This document shows, piece after piece, positions 38,628 to 51,399 of a DNA stretch of 64,000 bases (positions are counted from its first letter, which is position 1; every line of letters starts with the position of its first letter). The DNA lies in the NCBI GenBank assembly GCA_043228905.1, contig JBHGNT010000013.1, positions 3,286,001-3,350,000 of the forward strand, written 5' to 3'. The position numbers and the translations under genes were made by a program. The notes under the pieces were generated by a model that worked only from the letters and a program-made list of their open reading frames with translations, was not told the DNA's origin and searched no databases. This stretch comes from Azolla caroliniana (Eukaryota > Plantae > Polypodiophyta).

Positions 38628-38679
38628 CATGGCACGCCCGTGGGACAGTACCTTGTACGTCGAACCCTTCTCGGCCCCT

Positions 38680-41349
38680 TCATTGTTCACCCAAACTGTC
38701 CAAAATACTTTGTTCCAGAGTTTCCACTTGTTCTTCCGGTTGTGGTTGTTGCGGCTGTGCTTGCTGCTGCTGCTGTGGTTGCGGTTGGGACTGAGGCTGC
38801 TCCGGCTGCTCTATAGGCGGCTGCTCCGTTTGTTTCTCTGACTCCGGCATCCCCGTTTGACTGCTTCCGGTCCGGTCTCCTTCCAGTAACGGTTCCTTAT
38901 CACTGAGGTTGACCGTTACTGGTTCTCGTGCTTTCTCTTCCCGGATCCGGGACCTCTCGTAGCTTTCAAACTGGATCTGCGCCTCCAGCCTGTCGTCGTC
39001 CAGCTGAGCTACAAGTTGCCGGACTTGCCCTAGTTGGTCCTCTGCCAAGGCTTGAAAGTCTTCGGCCAGCTCATCTCTTATGGCGGTGAAGTCTTCGGAA
39101 GTCAGCATATAGCAATCATCTCCCTCCTTCCGCCGGTTCTCCACGTCGGCCCGGAGCAATTGGAGTTCCGCCGCGTTCCTGGCCCACTTAGTCCACCATT
39201 TGACGGAACCGTTGTCAATCAAGCTCTTGGTCTGGTTCAACCAGGCCCGCATGATATCCTGGATGCGACTTGCTCCCATTTGCGCTCTACTTTCCACAAC
39301 TTGTCGTTCCTCCTTCAACTGCTTGATGAGATTAGCCGTATCCTCCGCCTGCTCTCTGTAACGCGTCAGCTGCCCTTGATATGTTGTTTGCAGCCTCTGC
39401 AGTACCTCCGCCGCTCTTTCTTTTTCCGCCTGCTGTTGCCTGAGGAGCTCTGTCCGAACCTTCTCCGCCTCTTCCAACCGTCTTCTGGTTTCCGCTTGTT
39501 CATTAGCGTATGCCGTTGCGGTCCGATCAACTGCTTGCCGGAGCTCATCCGTCCGTTCCTTGTGCTCCGTTTGCAACCGTTTATACTCCCGGTGCAAGTG
39601 CTCAAATTCCTCCGTTTTTTGTTTGAGCTTGCCGTTGATCTGGCGATGGTTCCGGTCCTCCCGGTCCTTTAGCTGCCGGAGTTCCTCTTTCAGGCGCTCT
39701 ACTTCTGTTTCGGCGTTTTTCCGGAGCCTGTCCTTCTCTTGCAGCATTTTCTCCTTCTCCTCCTTGAGGCGGTCGTACGCTTGGTGGCCTTTTCGTAAGC
39801 TCTCCTCGGCCCGGCGTAGATTCTCAGCAGTCTTTTTGAGTTCTGCCTCCGCTGCCGTCTTCAACTCTGTTTCGCGGCTTCTCAGCGCTTCTTGGGCAGC
39901 TAGCTCATCCTTTAAGTCCGCAAGCACTTGGGCTTGTGCCGCATTTCTCTCCGGAACGGTTTCCGTTGCCGGGGTCTGATTGCTATGTACAGGTTGATCT
40001 GACGCTTTATTCTGTACATTGCCCGGAGTCACCGGTGCTTGGACTTGTGTTGTCAAAGCCAATTGAGCCATTTCCCTTGTGACCCTGTCCAAGTCTTGTT
40101 CAAGGCTCCGGATTCTGGACCGGGCCGTCTCTAGATCTACGGTTGTGACGAGCAACCGTTCGTGGTGCGCTCTCTCCTCCGCCTCTATATACTCGACCGC
40201 TCCGGCGATCTGCTCGCCTACCCACCGTAGCCACATGCTACTGGTGCCTTGCTGCTGGACTGGTCGGGTCGGCTCGTTCACTGTGGAATTATCTGGCCTG
40301 AGTGCCTGTATCTGCCGTTCTGGTTCTACTCCTTGGCCGCTGTGTGTGCTGGCTGGGCTCGCCGGCTGTTGAGTTCCGGTTCTCGCCGTCTCCGGAGCCG
40401 TTGGAATGACTTCTGGTATAGAAGTCGACAAGGCCGGTTCTTCACGCACCGGTTCCGGTTCCTCCCTTGCGGTTTGCTCAGGTTGAGTTGGGGGCGTTTC
40501 TTCCTTTCGCGGGTCCGAACGCTCCCCCGCTGTCCCGGCGGTCCTACTTCTTGACCGTCGTTGGAGGTGCTCTACTGGCTCCTCCGTTTCCTCTTCCTGG
40601 GTAACGGCATGTATCTGTGCCGTCAAGGGTTCCGGTTCCTTCTGTCTCGGTCGCCGTATGGTTATCTTAACGGGTGGGACCGGTGACACCTCCTCCGGTT
40701 CCGGGAGCCGTTTCTTCCCTTTCGTCGCCTTCGACGCCAGCAGCTGCTGTCGTTTGGACGCCGGCTTCGAGGTGCTTCCTTCCGATAATCTTGGCCGCTT
40801 CTTTGGCTAAACGGTCTCGACCGGCGGCACGAGCAATGTTATCCACTGAGCTACGGCATGCCACAGCTTCCGGCCCTCCTTGCCGTCCTTTCCTCGTACC
40901 ATGTCGATTGCCGCGCACAAACCGTCTGCAATCAACACCGGCTAGTCCACCTTGATCCCTTCATAGGTGGCTATGATCATCCCTGCCCGATTTTTTGGCA
41001 TGACAGGGGGTCGGGGGTACACGTGGCCGTACTCATGGAGCACTCGAGCTATCTCCCGGAATAGCGGATCTTCGCCGCCCTGCGTTTGATAGCCTTTGCC
41101 GGCTAGAGAGTACTCACCGAAATATCGGATGAGTTGCTCCGAGGTTGGGTTATCTATCTGAAAAATACCTCCCTCCGGAAGGCCTGTTAGCGCGCGGATC
41201 GCTTCCTCGGTGATGACTTCTGTGTCGAGCTCCTTGATGACCCGGTCGGCTTCTTTGTGCGGTGGTGCCTCCATGATGGTCAAGAACCCATCCAGTCCGT
41301 GTTGCCTGAGCCATTTCCTGGCCGCTTCCGACAGCGTTTGTGGTTCCAT
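38680..41349 (-). pseudogene. Extra ORF of H (sense to pol before the inversion), interrupted
   Basis: MEPQTLSEAARKWLRQHGL.. (40942..41349) and a 669-aa coiled-coil segment (38680..40689); homologous to the G ORF. Confidence 0.85.
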
Positions 41350-41672
41350 GTCTGCTTCGAGGTCGAGGAAAGATGGCGAGGTAGAGTGGTGATGAGAGTG
41401 AGAGCGAGAGAGAGAGAGTTCCGAACGTGGGGGTTTTCTGAGTGCAGGTTCGCGTCTGATAAGCTTCCACTGCCTTGGTGCTTTTGTGCTTCTTGGCTCG
41501 CGAAAGTAAAAGGTCTCCATGCGTTCTGCTTTTTCTCTGTGCGTCTTGGCGCCTTTTTCGAGCATGCGCACGTCGTGTACCAATTTAGTATTAAGTAATG
41601 TGGCGGCTCTTAAATGCCCACTACGTACCTTTTCGCTCCTTGCTTTCACGTCCGTTCATACCTCGATTTTTA

Positions 41673-41705
<33 letters not shown>

Positions 41706-41779
41706 CCTTTTAATGACGGTATGTGATCTTACACATCCGTAGGTCCCTTCGGGTTGCCGTGAAATTCTTCTACTCTACT

Positions 41780-42210
41780 ACCACAGTCTCTTGAATGGAT
41801 ATGGTGTTTTATTCTGGTATGATCTGATATCCACTTCTTCTACAACAGTCTCTTGAATGAATACTGAGTTTGAAGCTGGTATGATCTCATATCCTCTGCT
41901 TCTACTACAGTCTCTTGAATGGGGAATGGAGCTTTTCTTCTGGTTTGGTCTATCTGTCTGTCTGTCTGTCTGTCTTCTTCTTCTTCTTCTTCTTCTTCTT
42001 CTTCTTCTTCTTCTTCTACAGTCTCTTGAATGGATATGGAGTTTGTTTTCGGTTTGATCTTCTTCTTCTTCTTCTTCTTCTTCTTCTTTCTTCTTTCTTC
42101 TTCTTTCTTCTTCTTTAAAGTTCAGACCTTCACATTCGCCCATGTGAGTTTTAGTGGATTAGACTCTTCTTTTCTTCTTCTTCTTCTTCTTCTTCTTCTT
42201 CTTCTTCTTT
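41780..42210. repeat. Low-complexity filler: (CTT)n, (TCTG)n and four copies of ACAGTCTCTTGAATG
   Basis: Directly visible; replaces the integrase core of H. Confidence 0.85.
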
Positions 42211-43130
42211 GTGTGGTGCCACAGTGTGCTTCCCGTAAGATTACTTGTTTCTCGTCACTACGGACTGCCCGTCTCCATATTCCATCTGCTCCCTTGTGGT
42301 AGAGAGTATCCCGTAACAGACAGAAATTGCGGCTCTGCACCGCCAGTCGTTTCCTCTCGTCCCGGTTCATTTCCTCCGGTGGCAGGCCCGTGCTTAGGAA
42401 CTGGTGCATGTTTGTCAGCCACCTATCTTCTGATGCCACCGTGTCGTCCGCTGTCGTTTCCGGGGTGATACGGAATAACTCTGCGTCCGGGAATTCATCC
42501 GATACTCCGTCGCCTGATTCTCCGGACTCTAACCGGCTCAGGTAGTCTGCTACGGCATGCTGGATACCGGGCCGGTGGAAGATCTCGAATTCGAACTCCT
42601 GCAACAGCAAGGTCCAACGGGCCAACTTACCGGTCAGGGACGCCTTGGACACTAAGTACAGGAGCGCCGAGTGATCCACATGAAAGGAGAACTTCCTTCC
42701 CAATAGGTAATGATGAAACTTTGTTACACTGTAGATCATGCCCAGGGCCTCCCGTTCCGTAGTCGAATAGTTCTTCTCCGCTTGGGACAGCTTCCGGCTG
42801 GCGTAATATACCGGTCGATACCATTTAGGCTCCGTAAGTTGCATTAAGGCGCTGCCGATAGCGATGTCGGAAGCGTCAACGAACACATGAAATTCCTTGC
42901 TCCAATCCGGAGGCTGCACGACGGGTGCTTGCGACAAAAGTACCTTCAGGGCATTGTATGCCTTATCCTCTGTATCCGTCCATTGGAACGGTGTCCGATG
43001 TACCGCGGTGTGTAATGGTGTAGCCAAGTCAGCCAAGTGACGGAGCATCCGGCTGTGCCACCGGATCTGTCCTAAGAATCGGCTTAGTGCTTTGGCCGTT
43101 TTCGGCGCCGGTGCCCCTAGTATCGCGTTT
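42211..43130 (-). pseudogene. Inverted second copy of the H RNase H region and start of integrase
   Basis: ORF 42122..43048 is nearly identical to the end of 34545..38201 and extends to LREAHCG. Confidence 0.92.
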
Positions 43131-43339
43131 CCGGTCAGAGAATAACAATAATTAGTATGTCCTTTCTTGTTTGCCGCGTGTGAGTGCCCACGTTCCCTGC
43201 TTTAAATAGCAAGTCCGCACACGTCCTTCTTTAATGCATGGCGCCTCTTCGTTGCATGGTGGCGCTCCCACCTCTTGTGATCTCCCCGTCATTACGATGA
43301 TTCGCGTCGATTTTTTTTTTTTTTTTTGCTTGGACCACG

Positions 43340-44390
43340 TCATTTGCTGGTCCCCCCCGACTTGTTCGGGACGGTTCGTGTGGATACCGGATCCTTCGGT
43401 CGGTTTTCCGGGATGGTCCTCGTCAGTATTGGTGTCGGTTCTTCCTTGGTCCGAATGTCTTCAGCAGCGTCTGTCGGTGTCGGTTCTTCCTCGGTCCGAG
43501 CAGCGTCTGTCGGTGTCGGTTCCTCATCTTGCCGGATTTCCGGGTTTCGCTTGAACGGGTTGGCTGGCATATTTCCTTTATACGGCTTTAGCCGAAATCC
43601 ATTTGCCCACTTGCCGATGACATCTCCAGACAACGTGCCGAGCTGATACGACCCATTGTAATCCTTGGTGATCCAGAACGGTCCGGTCCACCGAAACCGC
43701 AACTTTCCCGGCATGTTCCCCATCCTTGTTTGGAATAGTAGCACCGGTTTCCCGACTTCGAACTCCTTTTCATTGCCACGCCGGTGTCGGTCCACGAAGG
43801 CTTTTCTCCTCCTTTGCTCCAGTTCGAGTTGTAGTAAGCCGGCTATTCGGTTTTCCTCTAATTCCAACAGCGTTGCCAGTCGGATTCGTTCGGACTCGTT
43901 CTCACTTAAGCGCTCCTTTACCATAATCCGTAAGCTGGGGATCTGGAACTCTACCGGCATGACCGCTTCTAACCCGAATGCTAGTCGGAACGGGGTTGTC
44001 CGGATGCTGGTTTTGTACGTTGTTCGGTACGCCCATAGCGCGCTTTGCAATTTCGTATCCCAGTCGGTCCGGTTCTCGTTGACGATTTTTCGTAGGATGT
44101 TCTGCAGAGTTTTGTTCGTTGATTCCGCTAGTCCATTGGCTTGAGGGTAGTAGGGTGTACTCTTTTTATGTACCACCGCGTAAAATGACGTCAGGCTTTC
44201 TACTACCTGCCCAAGGAAATGTCCTCCTTGGTCACTTATAAGCTCGATCGGGCATCCATACCGGCAACATATGCATTAGTACAGAAACTTTTCCGTGGAA
44301 GCGGCCGTGTTGTCCCGTAAGGCCTTTGCTTCTACCCATTTGGTGCAATAGTCGGTCGCCACTATGACATACCAATTTCCGGTTCGCATT
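43340..44390 (-). pseudogene. Gypsy G integrase (N-terminal zinc finger deleted)
   Basis: TPYYPQANGLAESTNK, ALWAYRT, KLRFRWTGPF; no chromodomain. Confidence 0.9.
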
Positions 44391-47300
44391 GCTTAGATAG
44401 TCCGCTACCGCATGCTGTGCCCCGGGTCGGTGGAAAATGTCAAATTCAAATTCCTGTAGTAGCAGTGTCCATCGTGCAATTTTTCCCGTCAGGGATGCCT
44501 TCGAGACCAGGTAGAGTTGTGCCGAATGATCGACATGGAAGGAAAACTTCCTTCCGAGTAGATAGTGCCTGTACTTTGTGACACTATACACCATTCCCAA
44601 TGCCTCGCGTTCCGTCGTAGAGTAATTCCGTTCGGCTTTTGAGAGTTTCCGGCTTGCGTAGTACACCGGTCGGTACCATTTCGGCTCTGTGAGTTGCATC
44701 AGAACGCTGCCGATTGCTACGTCCAACGCGTCGACGAAGACGTGAAAGCTTTTACTCCAATCAGGCGGTTGCACCACCGGAGCTTGCGACAGCATGATCT
44801 TCAACGCTTTGTAGGCTTCCTCCTCCGTCTCTGCCCATAGGAAGGGTACCCTATGTACGGCGGTATGTAACGGTGTAGCGAAGTCCGCGAGGTGCCGTAT
44901 CATCCGGCTATGCCACCTTATTTGGCCCAGGAACCGGCTTAAAGCCTTTGCGTTACTTGGTGCTGGTGCATCGAGAATCGCCTTGACTTTATCCGGATCT
45001 ACCGCGATTCCTTCCTTACTCACCACGTGCCCTAGCAAGTTGCCGCTTGCCACTCCAAAGACGCACTTGGCCGGATTCAGGCTCAATCGGTACTCGCGGC
45101 ACTTCTCCAAGCATAGCCGGAGGTGATCGAGATGCTCTCCGTGCCGGCTGTAGACCGCGAAATCGTCAAGGAAGACCTGCATAAAACCGGGGATATATTC
45201 CCCGAAAATTTCCATTATTATCCTTTGAAAGGTCGCTGGAGCCGTCTTTAGTCCGAACATCATCACGACCGCGACGAACACTCCCCATTCCGTCACGAAC
45301 GCTGTCTTCTCTTGGTCGGCCGGGTTCATTCGTATTTGGTTGTAGCCGCTAAATCCATCCAGGAAGCTGTAAACTTCGTGCCCGGCGACCGCATCTAACA
45401 CCCCGTCCGTAAATGGTAGTGGAAACGCATCGGTCACTGTTGCGGCATTTAGTTTTCGGTAGTCCACGCATACCCGGATTTTTCCATTCTTTTTCGGGAC
45501 CACCACTATCGGACTCAGCCAGGTTGCCTGCTTGACCGGTCGGATAAATCCGACCCGGAGGAGCTTATCAATTTCCTCCTTCACCTTTGCCGCATAATTC
45601 GGATTCATCCGGTATCTGCGTTGAGCAATCGGTTTTGCGTCCGTACTTAGGTGAATTTGGTGCTGATAGAGCTGGGGGTCCAGCCCTCGCATGTCTTCGT
45701 ACGACCACGCAAACACATCCTTGAAGTCTGTTAACAATGCTACCATTACCTTCTTTTCTTCCTTCGGCAATTCCTTTGCAACATTTACCGGTCGGGGCTT
45801 GTCTGCTGTGCCGAGGTCCACCTCCTCGAGTTGGGATGCTTTTACCCTCTGGGATATCGTCATTTCCCTCTCTAGGGATTCCTGCGCTTGTCGTAGTTCC
45901 CGGATCGCCGCTTGGTCCGGTTCTTCCGGCGTCGTAATGTACGGTTCTACTGCCGCCGTGATATCCACCTCAAATAGTGGGACGATTCGTGGGTGTTCCT
46001 CGAGGTACCGCTCGATTTCCTGGTCCGGTAATCCCTCCAACATGTTAATGCTTTCCGCATACAATGGAGTTGCTTCCTTACTGGTGATCACCCGTGGTTG
46101 CGTCGTTACTCGTACCTTTGTTTTCCCTCGCCGGAATGTGATCATGTTCTTTTGCCAGTTCTGCTTGATATGCGCCGTTCGCAGCCATGGTCGTCCTAGC
46201 AGTAGGGGGTACGCGCCTTGTACATTCAGCTGCAGCACCACGGCCGATATCCGGAATACGTGGCCTCCGATCGTGATTTCCAAATCCCGGATAAGCCCGG
46301 TCGGTCGGACTGAGCTAGTATCCGCCATGCATAACCAGAAGGGGCATGGTTCCCATTCCCGGATGCCCAGGTCGTTGCATGTCTGTTGGCTAATGACATT
46401 TACCCCGGAGCCTCCGTCAATAATCGTTCCAGCAATTTCCTTTCCTTTCACGATTGTCGTGATCGCCGGGCTACTTGTATCGACCACCGTTGGTCCTTCC
46501 TCCGGGTGGGAGAAGAATGCCGGTGCTGGCGTCGGCTTCGGTTTGCTGACGGATGCCTGTAGGTCTGCCGTAAATCGTGGCACTAACTGTAGTAGTCGTG
46601 CTAACGGCAGCACGATTTGACAGTCCTGTAGCGCTTGCCACGTCGGGTTTTCTCCTGGCTGTATAATTTCTTCGTCTTTTGGCATATTTTGGTCTCTTAC
46701 TTCTGCCACATTCTGTTCATTGGCCTCCTTGATCCATTGTGTCGCTTGTTTTCTGATTGCCTCCTGGGCTTCCCACTCGGCGGTCTTTCCCTTTGACCGG
46801 GTTGTGACCTGCTGTACTTCTGTTATTTCGGCTGTAACCATGTTGACTTCCGGCTGCTTGTCATAGCTTTTGCTTGGGCATTGGTTACTATAGTGGCCTT
46901 CCTTGCGGCAGTAATAACAGTACACCTTGTGACTGTTGCTCGTTTCTCCTTTGTCCCCGGTTTGGAGGGTGGGTATGCTCCGGCGGTCGTCTTTGGTTTT
47001 TCGGTTATCCGGTACGGATACCGGGTTGTCATTCCTTGCTGCCTCCCGACGTTCCTCTCTTCGGAAAAATCCACGCTTCTGATTCCGTCTGAAATTTCGG
47101 TTCCCTTGTCTCCTCTCTTCTCTGCGTCGGTCGTATTCCGGGGCTCCATCTCGGTCATACCGGTCCCGGGGGTAGCTATCTTTGCGTCTCTCCTCTCGGT
47201 CATAGTTGTCGCGTCTTCTATCAGCGTATCCTTGTCGCCTCTCTTCTCCGCATCTATCGTCTTCCGGGGATTCGTCTCTGTCGTACCGGTCCCGGGGGTA

Positions 47301-48845
47301 GCTATCTCTGCGTCTCTCCTCTCGGTCATAGTTGTCGCATCTTCTATCAGCGTATCTGTTACCGCGTTCGCGTTGGTAGCGGTCGTCTCTCCGGAATCGA
47401 TCCTCGTCCGGGTTCGGATTGCGCGGTTCTATGTGTCGAACCGGTGCTGCCTGCCGATTTAACAGGTTGTATTCGCATCGGTCCGTTGTATGGGCTCGAG
47501 AGTTGCAGATCACACATTGTGTTCGCAGGGTGCAGTCTACTATTGAGTGCCCCGAATTTAGGCATGTTGTACATTGTAAGGCCTGTCGGAACCTCAGGTC
47601 TTCCTCTTTTGGGAGTGCCCGGTGTAACATCCCCATCGACAAGAAGGGGCTAGTCTTGTCCATTTCTAAAACCCGATCAATAACTTGGTCCATTGTGCTG
47701 GTTTGGAAATCAAGGACTCCGCACATTGTTTGAAGTGGCTCTTTCAGTGCGGCCAGAAAGACTGCTTTGGCTTCGTCTTCGGGTGGTGTTCTTGTCAGTT
47801 GGCTGTGCAGGGTCTGGAACCGAATGATGAATTGTGGCATAGTCTCGTTCTCTTCCTGCCGGGTGGTGTAGAACTGCCCGACCCATTCCCTTTGCTCAAA
47901 TTGTCTGTGAAAAAACCTGAGGAATCTGGCCTTCAAGGCATCGAATGTAGCAAAGGTGCCTGGTAAGTGCTTTGCGTGCCATTGGGCCGCTAGTCCTTCT
48001 AAGGTTATGCCGAATTCGGCGATTTTGGATCGTTCGGCTTCGGGCTCCGTCAGTCTTTGGGAGATATGGTTGGCTTCCCATGTTTGGAGGAATGCGTACA
48101 CGTGTGCCTCCGCGTCGGCCTCATCCCGGTACTTTGGGTATGGGTATGGCATCGTGTCGTCCAACTGACTCTCCTGTTCCCTCCGTTCTCTGTCCGCTGT
48201 TGGCGTTGGTGTGAGAACCTTTGGTTCCTCCGCGGGTGTTGCCGGTGTCCGGTCCGTTGGTTCCTCCGCGGGTGTTGTCGGTATCCGCTCCTTCGGTTCC
48301 CTCGCGGTTGTTGTCGGTATCCGATCAGCCTTCCTCGGCGGTTGCCGGTCACCGAATTCCAGGGTTATGTCTTCCTCTGGCGCCGGTGTTACTGAGTCTT
48401 CCGACCCCTCGTCCTCCCGGTCGTTTGGTGTGTCATGGCTGCTTTTATACCGGGATGCAATGCTTCCGTCGCTTTCCGACTCCGCCTCAAGTGTTGCGAA
48501 TGCTTCCGAGTCCCCGTCGCCCGCGGCGAGCGTCTGCAATATCGTTTCCGCCTCTTGCAGGCTTGTTATGCTACTGCCTTCGTCGGGGATTTGCAGAACC
48601 CGGAACTGCAGTGCTTCTTTTGCGACTCTCCGAAGAGTTTTGGAGAATGACCGATCCCGCCGGATCTCGTCGACGGCTTGCTGCAGGGCTTCCCGTCGTT
48701 GCTCGCGTTCGGTGTATCGTCTCCCTCGTTCGGTGATGTGGTCGTCGTTTGGTCTAGACATCCATCCCCCGGTTGTCCTCTGCACTTTGCAGGAATCGTG
48801 GTCGCCAAAATAGTGTTGTCTGTATGGCCGGACTAGCCTCAACAC
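44232..48845 (-). CDS. Gypsy G gag-pol (gag, PR, RT, RNase H); true start probably MSRP near 48761; out of frame after ADYLS
   Basis: 1537-aa ORF with CCHC knuckle, IDGGSG, FLDDF and RNase H. Confidence 0.93.
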   Translation of the reverse strand: MLRLVRPYRQHYFGDHDSCKVQRTTGGWMSRPNDDHITERGRRYTEREQRREALQQAVDEIRRDRSFSKTLRRVAKEALQFRVLQIPDEGSSITSLQEAETILQTLAAGDGDSEAFATLEAESESDGSIASRYKSSHDTPNDREDEGSEDSVTPAPEEDITLEFGDRQPPRKADRIPTTTAREPKERIPTTPAEEPTDRTPATPAEEPKVLTPTPTADRERREQESQLDDTMPYPYPKYRDEADAEAHVYAFLQTWEANHISQRLTEPEAERSKIAEFGITLEGLAAQWHAKHLPGTFATFDALKARFLRFFHRQFEQREWVGQFYTTRQEENETMPQFIIRFQTLHSQLTRTPPEDEAKAVFLAALKEPLQTMCGVLDFQTSTMDQVIDRVLEMDKTSPFLSMGMLHRALPKEEDLRFRQALQCTTCLNSGHSIVDCTLRTQCVICNSRAHTTDRCEYNLLNRQAAPVRHIEPRNPNPDEDRFRRDDRYQRERGNRYADRRCDNYDREERRRDSYPRDRYDRDESPEDDRCGEERRQGYADRRRDNYDREERRKDSYPRDRYDRDGAPEYDRRREERRQGNRNFRRNQKRGFFRREERREAARNDNPVSVPDNRKTKDDRRSIPTLQTGDKGETSNSHKVYCYYCRKEGHYSNQCPSKSYDKQPEVNMVTAEITEVQQVTTRSKGKTAEWEAQEAIRKQATQWIKEANEQNVAEVRDQNMPKDEEIIQPGENPTWQALQDCQIVLPLARLLQLVPRFTADLQASVSKPKPTPAPAFFSHPEEGPTVVDTSSPAITTIVKGKEIAGTIIDGGSGVNVISQQTCNDLGIREWEPCPFWLCMADTSSVRPTGLIRDLEITIGGHVFRISAVVLQLNVQGAYPLLLGRPWLRTAHIKQNWQKNMITFRRGKTKVRVTTQPRVITSKEATPLYAESINMLEGLPDQEIERYLEEHPRIVPLFEVDITAAVEPYITTPEEPDQAAIRELRQAQESLEREMTISQRVKASQLEEVDLGTADKPRPVNVAKELPKEEKKVMVALLTDFKDVFAWSYEDMRGLDPQLYQHQIHLSTDAKPIAQRRYRMNPNYAAKVKEEIDKLLRVGFIRPVKQATWLSPIVVVPKKNGKIRVCVDYRKLNAATVTDAFPLPFTDGVLDAVAGHEVYSFLDGFSGYNQIRMNPADQEKTAFVTEWGVFVAVVMMFGLKTAPATFQRIIMEIFGEYIPGFMQVFLDDFAVYSRHGEHLDHLRLCLEKCREYRLSLNPAKCVFGVASGNLLGHVVSKEGIAVDPDKVKAILDAPAPSNAKALSRFLGQIRWHSRMIRHLADFATPLHTAVHRVPFLWAETEEEAYKALKIMLSQAPVVQPPDWSKSFHVFVDALDVAIGSVLMQLTEPKWYRPVYYASRKLSKAERNYSTTEREALGMVYSVTKYRHYLLGRKFSFHVDHSAQLYLVSKASLTGKIARWTLLLQEFEFDIFHRPGAQHAVADYLSNANRKLVCHSGDRLLHQMGRSKGLTGQHGRFHGKVSVLMHMLPVWMPDRAYK

Positions 48846-49194
48846 AGGTGTCTATCCGACACTTCTCCAAAGGGGTGGTAAGGATTGGATGCTAGGTTAC
48901 ACGCATCAGATGATTACAATTAAGCACGGACGGCAAACAATACGAGATACAGATAAATACACAATAATTACTATTGTATTACTTCCGTCAAAAAACTTTA
49001 CAAATCATCGGATCCTTTTATAGGCATCCAGCAAGGTTACAATCGGTGCGCTTAGGTAACCGACATCCGAATCGGTTCGGATCCGGATCGGTACAACTGT
49101 ACCGAATCTGTCCCTCCGAATAATAATTCTACTATTACTTCCTATTATCCGATTCCGCCTTCCCACTTGTCCTTGCTCTTCTGACCGGCCAACA
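48814..49194 (-). repeat. 5' LTR of Gypsy G
   Basis: TGTTGG..CAACA, followed by a 6-nt spacer and the PBS. Confidence 0.93.
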
Positions 49195-49319
49195 TGATAA
49201 TTTGACTATCAACAATACCTTTGTGGATGTGTGTACAAGCATTATAGTTGCAGAAAACACAGTTTCTCTCTCAAGCTTGCCATTGGTACAAGGTGCATGT
49301 ACATCCACACCTGTCTCTA

Positions 49320-50000
49320 ATGTCTTTGATGATGAAGTGCCACTTAGTAAGCTGATGCCTAAAGGCTTTACGATAAAGAAGAATGTAAAATCACAAAAAA
49401 CTGGCACCAATAACAAGCGCATTACAAGATTGGCGAAATTGTGAAATGGTGCCTGATTGTCTTTCGATTGTACTTGAACTATAGCTGAACTGTTAGTGAT
49501 GTCGGAACTTGAACTATTTGGTATACCAAAATACTATCTAAATTGCTAATGTGAGATGATGAAGTGCCACTTAGTAAGCTGATAATGTAAAATCACAAAA
49601 AACTGGAGCCAATAACAAGCACATTACAAGATTGTACTTGAACTATAGCTGAACTGTTAGTGATGTCTGAACTTGAACTATTTGGTATACCAAAATACTG
49701 TCTAAATTGCTAATGTGAAATGTTGTACTGATTCCAGTTCACTCATCTAGTGTTGTTAATGTAATGTGAAATTCTATATTGCCAATTGCAGAGAATGAGA
49801 ATGTATTCTTTTGTTAATTGTCATGTAGCCATGATTGTGTTGAACTGTTACCAGCGTACTGTCAAAATTGCCCCTCTGAAATGCTGTGAAGATCAGATCA
49901 CTCATCTAGTGTTGTAGTGTAATGTGAAATTCTATATTGCTAATTGTAGAGAATGAGAATGTATTCTATTGTCAATTGTCATGCAACCATGAATGTAGTA
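49320..50000. repeat. Local direct duplications (70-130 bp blocks)
   Basis: GATGATGAAGTGCCACTTAGTAAGCTGAT twice; TTGTACTTGAACTATAGCTGAACTG twice; CACTCATCTAGTGTTG..GAGAATGAGAATG twice. Confidence 0.75.
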
Positions 50001-50481
50001 GGGAACAATTTGACATTCATATTAGTACTAAAATAAGATGTATGTATCCATCCGTCTAACTGAGATACTTCGGTAGACTACTATGTATTAGTGAACACTT
50101 ACAATTGACATTAGTACTAAACTAATATGTATATTGATACTTGAGAAGTATGGTTTCCTTGAGTGCACATAGTCAGAGTCAAATAGAGACTTAACACAAT
50201 AGGGATTAGACTACTGGTATTGATAGTTGAATAAGTCTGGGCCATATTGATGTTACTAAGTATTGAAGACTTCACACCCTAAACCATAGAAACAAGCAAC
50301 TCTATAATTACCATGAACACTTTCAAAACAAGCTCAATAAATACTCTAAACACATTAGAAGAAAGACGAAATATATCGATTCATTTGTAAATCATCAAAG
50401 ATAATATATCAATACATCAAATAGTGAACTACAAGCGGATGTTTTTTAGTTGCCAACTACAATGTATTAATAGGGTAACTT

Positions 50482-51399
50482 TCAAGCATTAAATAGAGAG
50501 ACCTCCCCTAATATGTGCTCATGAACCTCTTGGGGGACCTTGTAGACAGTTTTGTATCCCTTAACCTTGTGCTTTGCTTGAGTCATATTGAACTTGATCG
50601 CAAGAATGGCAACAATGTAGATTATTGCGATGGGTGCATCTTTTAGTAATGCATATGTGTTCTTGCACTGTGGCAACTTTGCAGAATAGTTTCCATACAC
50701 GACAGACTCACCAACGTTGAACATGTTGCCCCAGCCATCCCTCACCACTTCTTTCAATAATGTCTTTCCTTGCTTGCACACCACAATGTAGTAGTCTTCT
50801 AAATCTTCATTTTGAGGAAATTTGAGCACCGCAAAATGATCTCCAGCTTCCAATAAAACTGCCAAGTCTTGATGTTGGTTGTAGTATACAATATCATTTG
50901 AATGTGCATCGTCTTCAATATCATCTTGTTGTTCAAGCTCAAGCTTCTGCAACTTCCAGGGCTCCACGATTGATAGGTTGATGCATTTATCCCAAGCTTC
51001 ATCTATCCACATGGAACAAAAGCATGATAAAGTACGAAGTAACAATTGTGTTGTGTCCTTGCGGCTAAACCCTAATACACAATGGGTGCTTCGTGTGCCT
51101 TTCACGATTTTACAACCATATGATTTAGTTTTATCGACCTCATTAGTGCGAACCTCAACAAACAATCTGTTCTTACCATCATTTGACATCTTCCATGTTA
51201 GCCACTCCACAACATCATGTGCATTTTGTAACTTAGCACCATTATTATCCAACTGCTCACTTGTAAGGGCACGTTTGATCACAACCCCTACGCCATCATG
51301 CTCTCCTTTTCCATGTCCAGACCCGAAGTAGTTCCATTGCATACGAATGTTGAATAAGGAGAAGTACATGCTTTTGTATCCCAGGTTTCCAACAAACAT
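50482..51399 (-). CDS. DNA transposase, C-terminal part, Sola2-like
   Basis: WNYFGSGHGKGEHDGVG..IKR, VKGTRSTH and LSCFC motifs, recalled from HGKG-DG-type transposases; N-terminal part missing. Confidence 0.65.
   Translation of the reverse strand: MFVGNLGYKSMYFSLFNIRMQWNYFGSGHGKGEHDGVGVVIKRALTSEQLDNNGAKLQNAHDVVEWLTWKMSNDGKNRLFVEVRTNEVDKTKSYGCKIVKGTRSTHCVLGFSRKDTTQLLLRTLSCFCSMWIDEAWDKCINLSIVEPWKLQKLELEQQDDIEDDAHSNDIVYYNQHQDLAVLLEAGDHFAVLKFPQNEDLEDYYIVVCKQGKTLLKEVVRDGWGNMFNVGESVVYGNYSAKLPQCKNTYALLKDAPIAIIYIVAILAIKFNMTQAKHKVKGYKTVYKVPQEVHEHILGEVSLFNA

Larger units (their letters stand above)
33197..43147 (+). mobile_element. Gypsy H (relative of G) nested in G, with an internal inversion-duplication
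   Basis: TSD ATAAT (33192-33196 and 43148-43152); 5' LTR 33197..33615; PBS 33622..33634; 3' LTR split into inverted 38221..38627 and forward 43131..43147. Confidence 0.93.
29677..49194 (-). mobile_element. Non-chromovirus Gypsy G (Phygy/Athila-like) with an extra 3' ORF; contains element H
   Basis: Near-identical LTRs 48814..49194 and 29677..30057; PBS TGGCGACCACGAT; gag-pol 44232..48845; integrase 43340..~44390; extra ORF 30108..32992. Confidence 0.93.

Noticed and set aside
41778-42302. ORFs with poly-R/E/L/F tracts
   Set aside because: Translations of microsatellites
45691-46620. 309-aa plus-strand ORF and similar shadow ORFs
   Set aside because: Antisense to GC-rich gag-pol; expected by-product with no motifs
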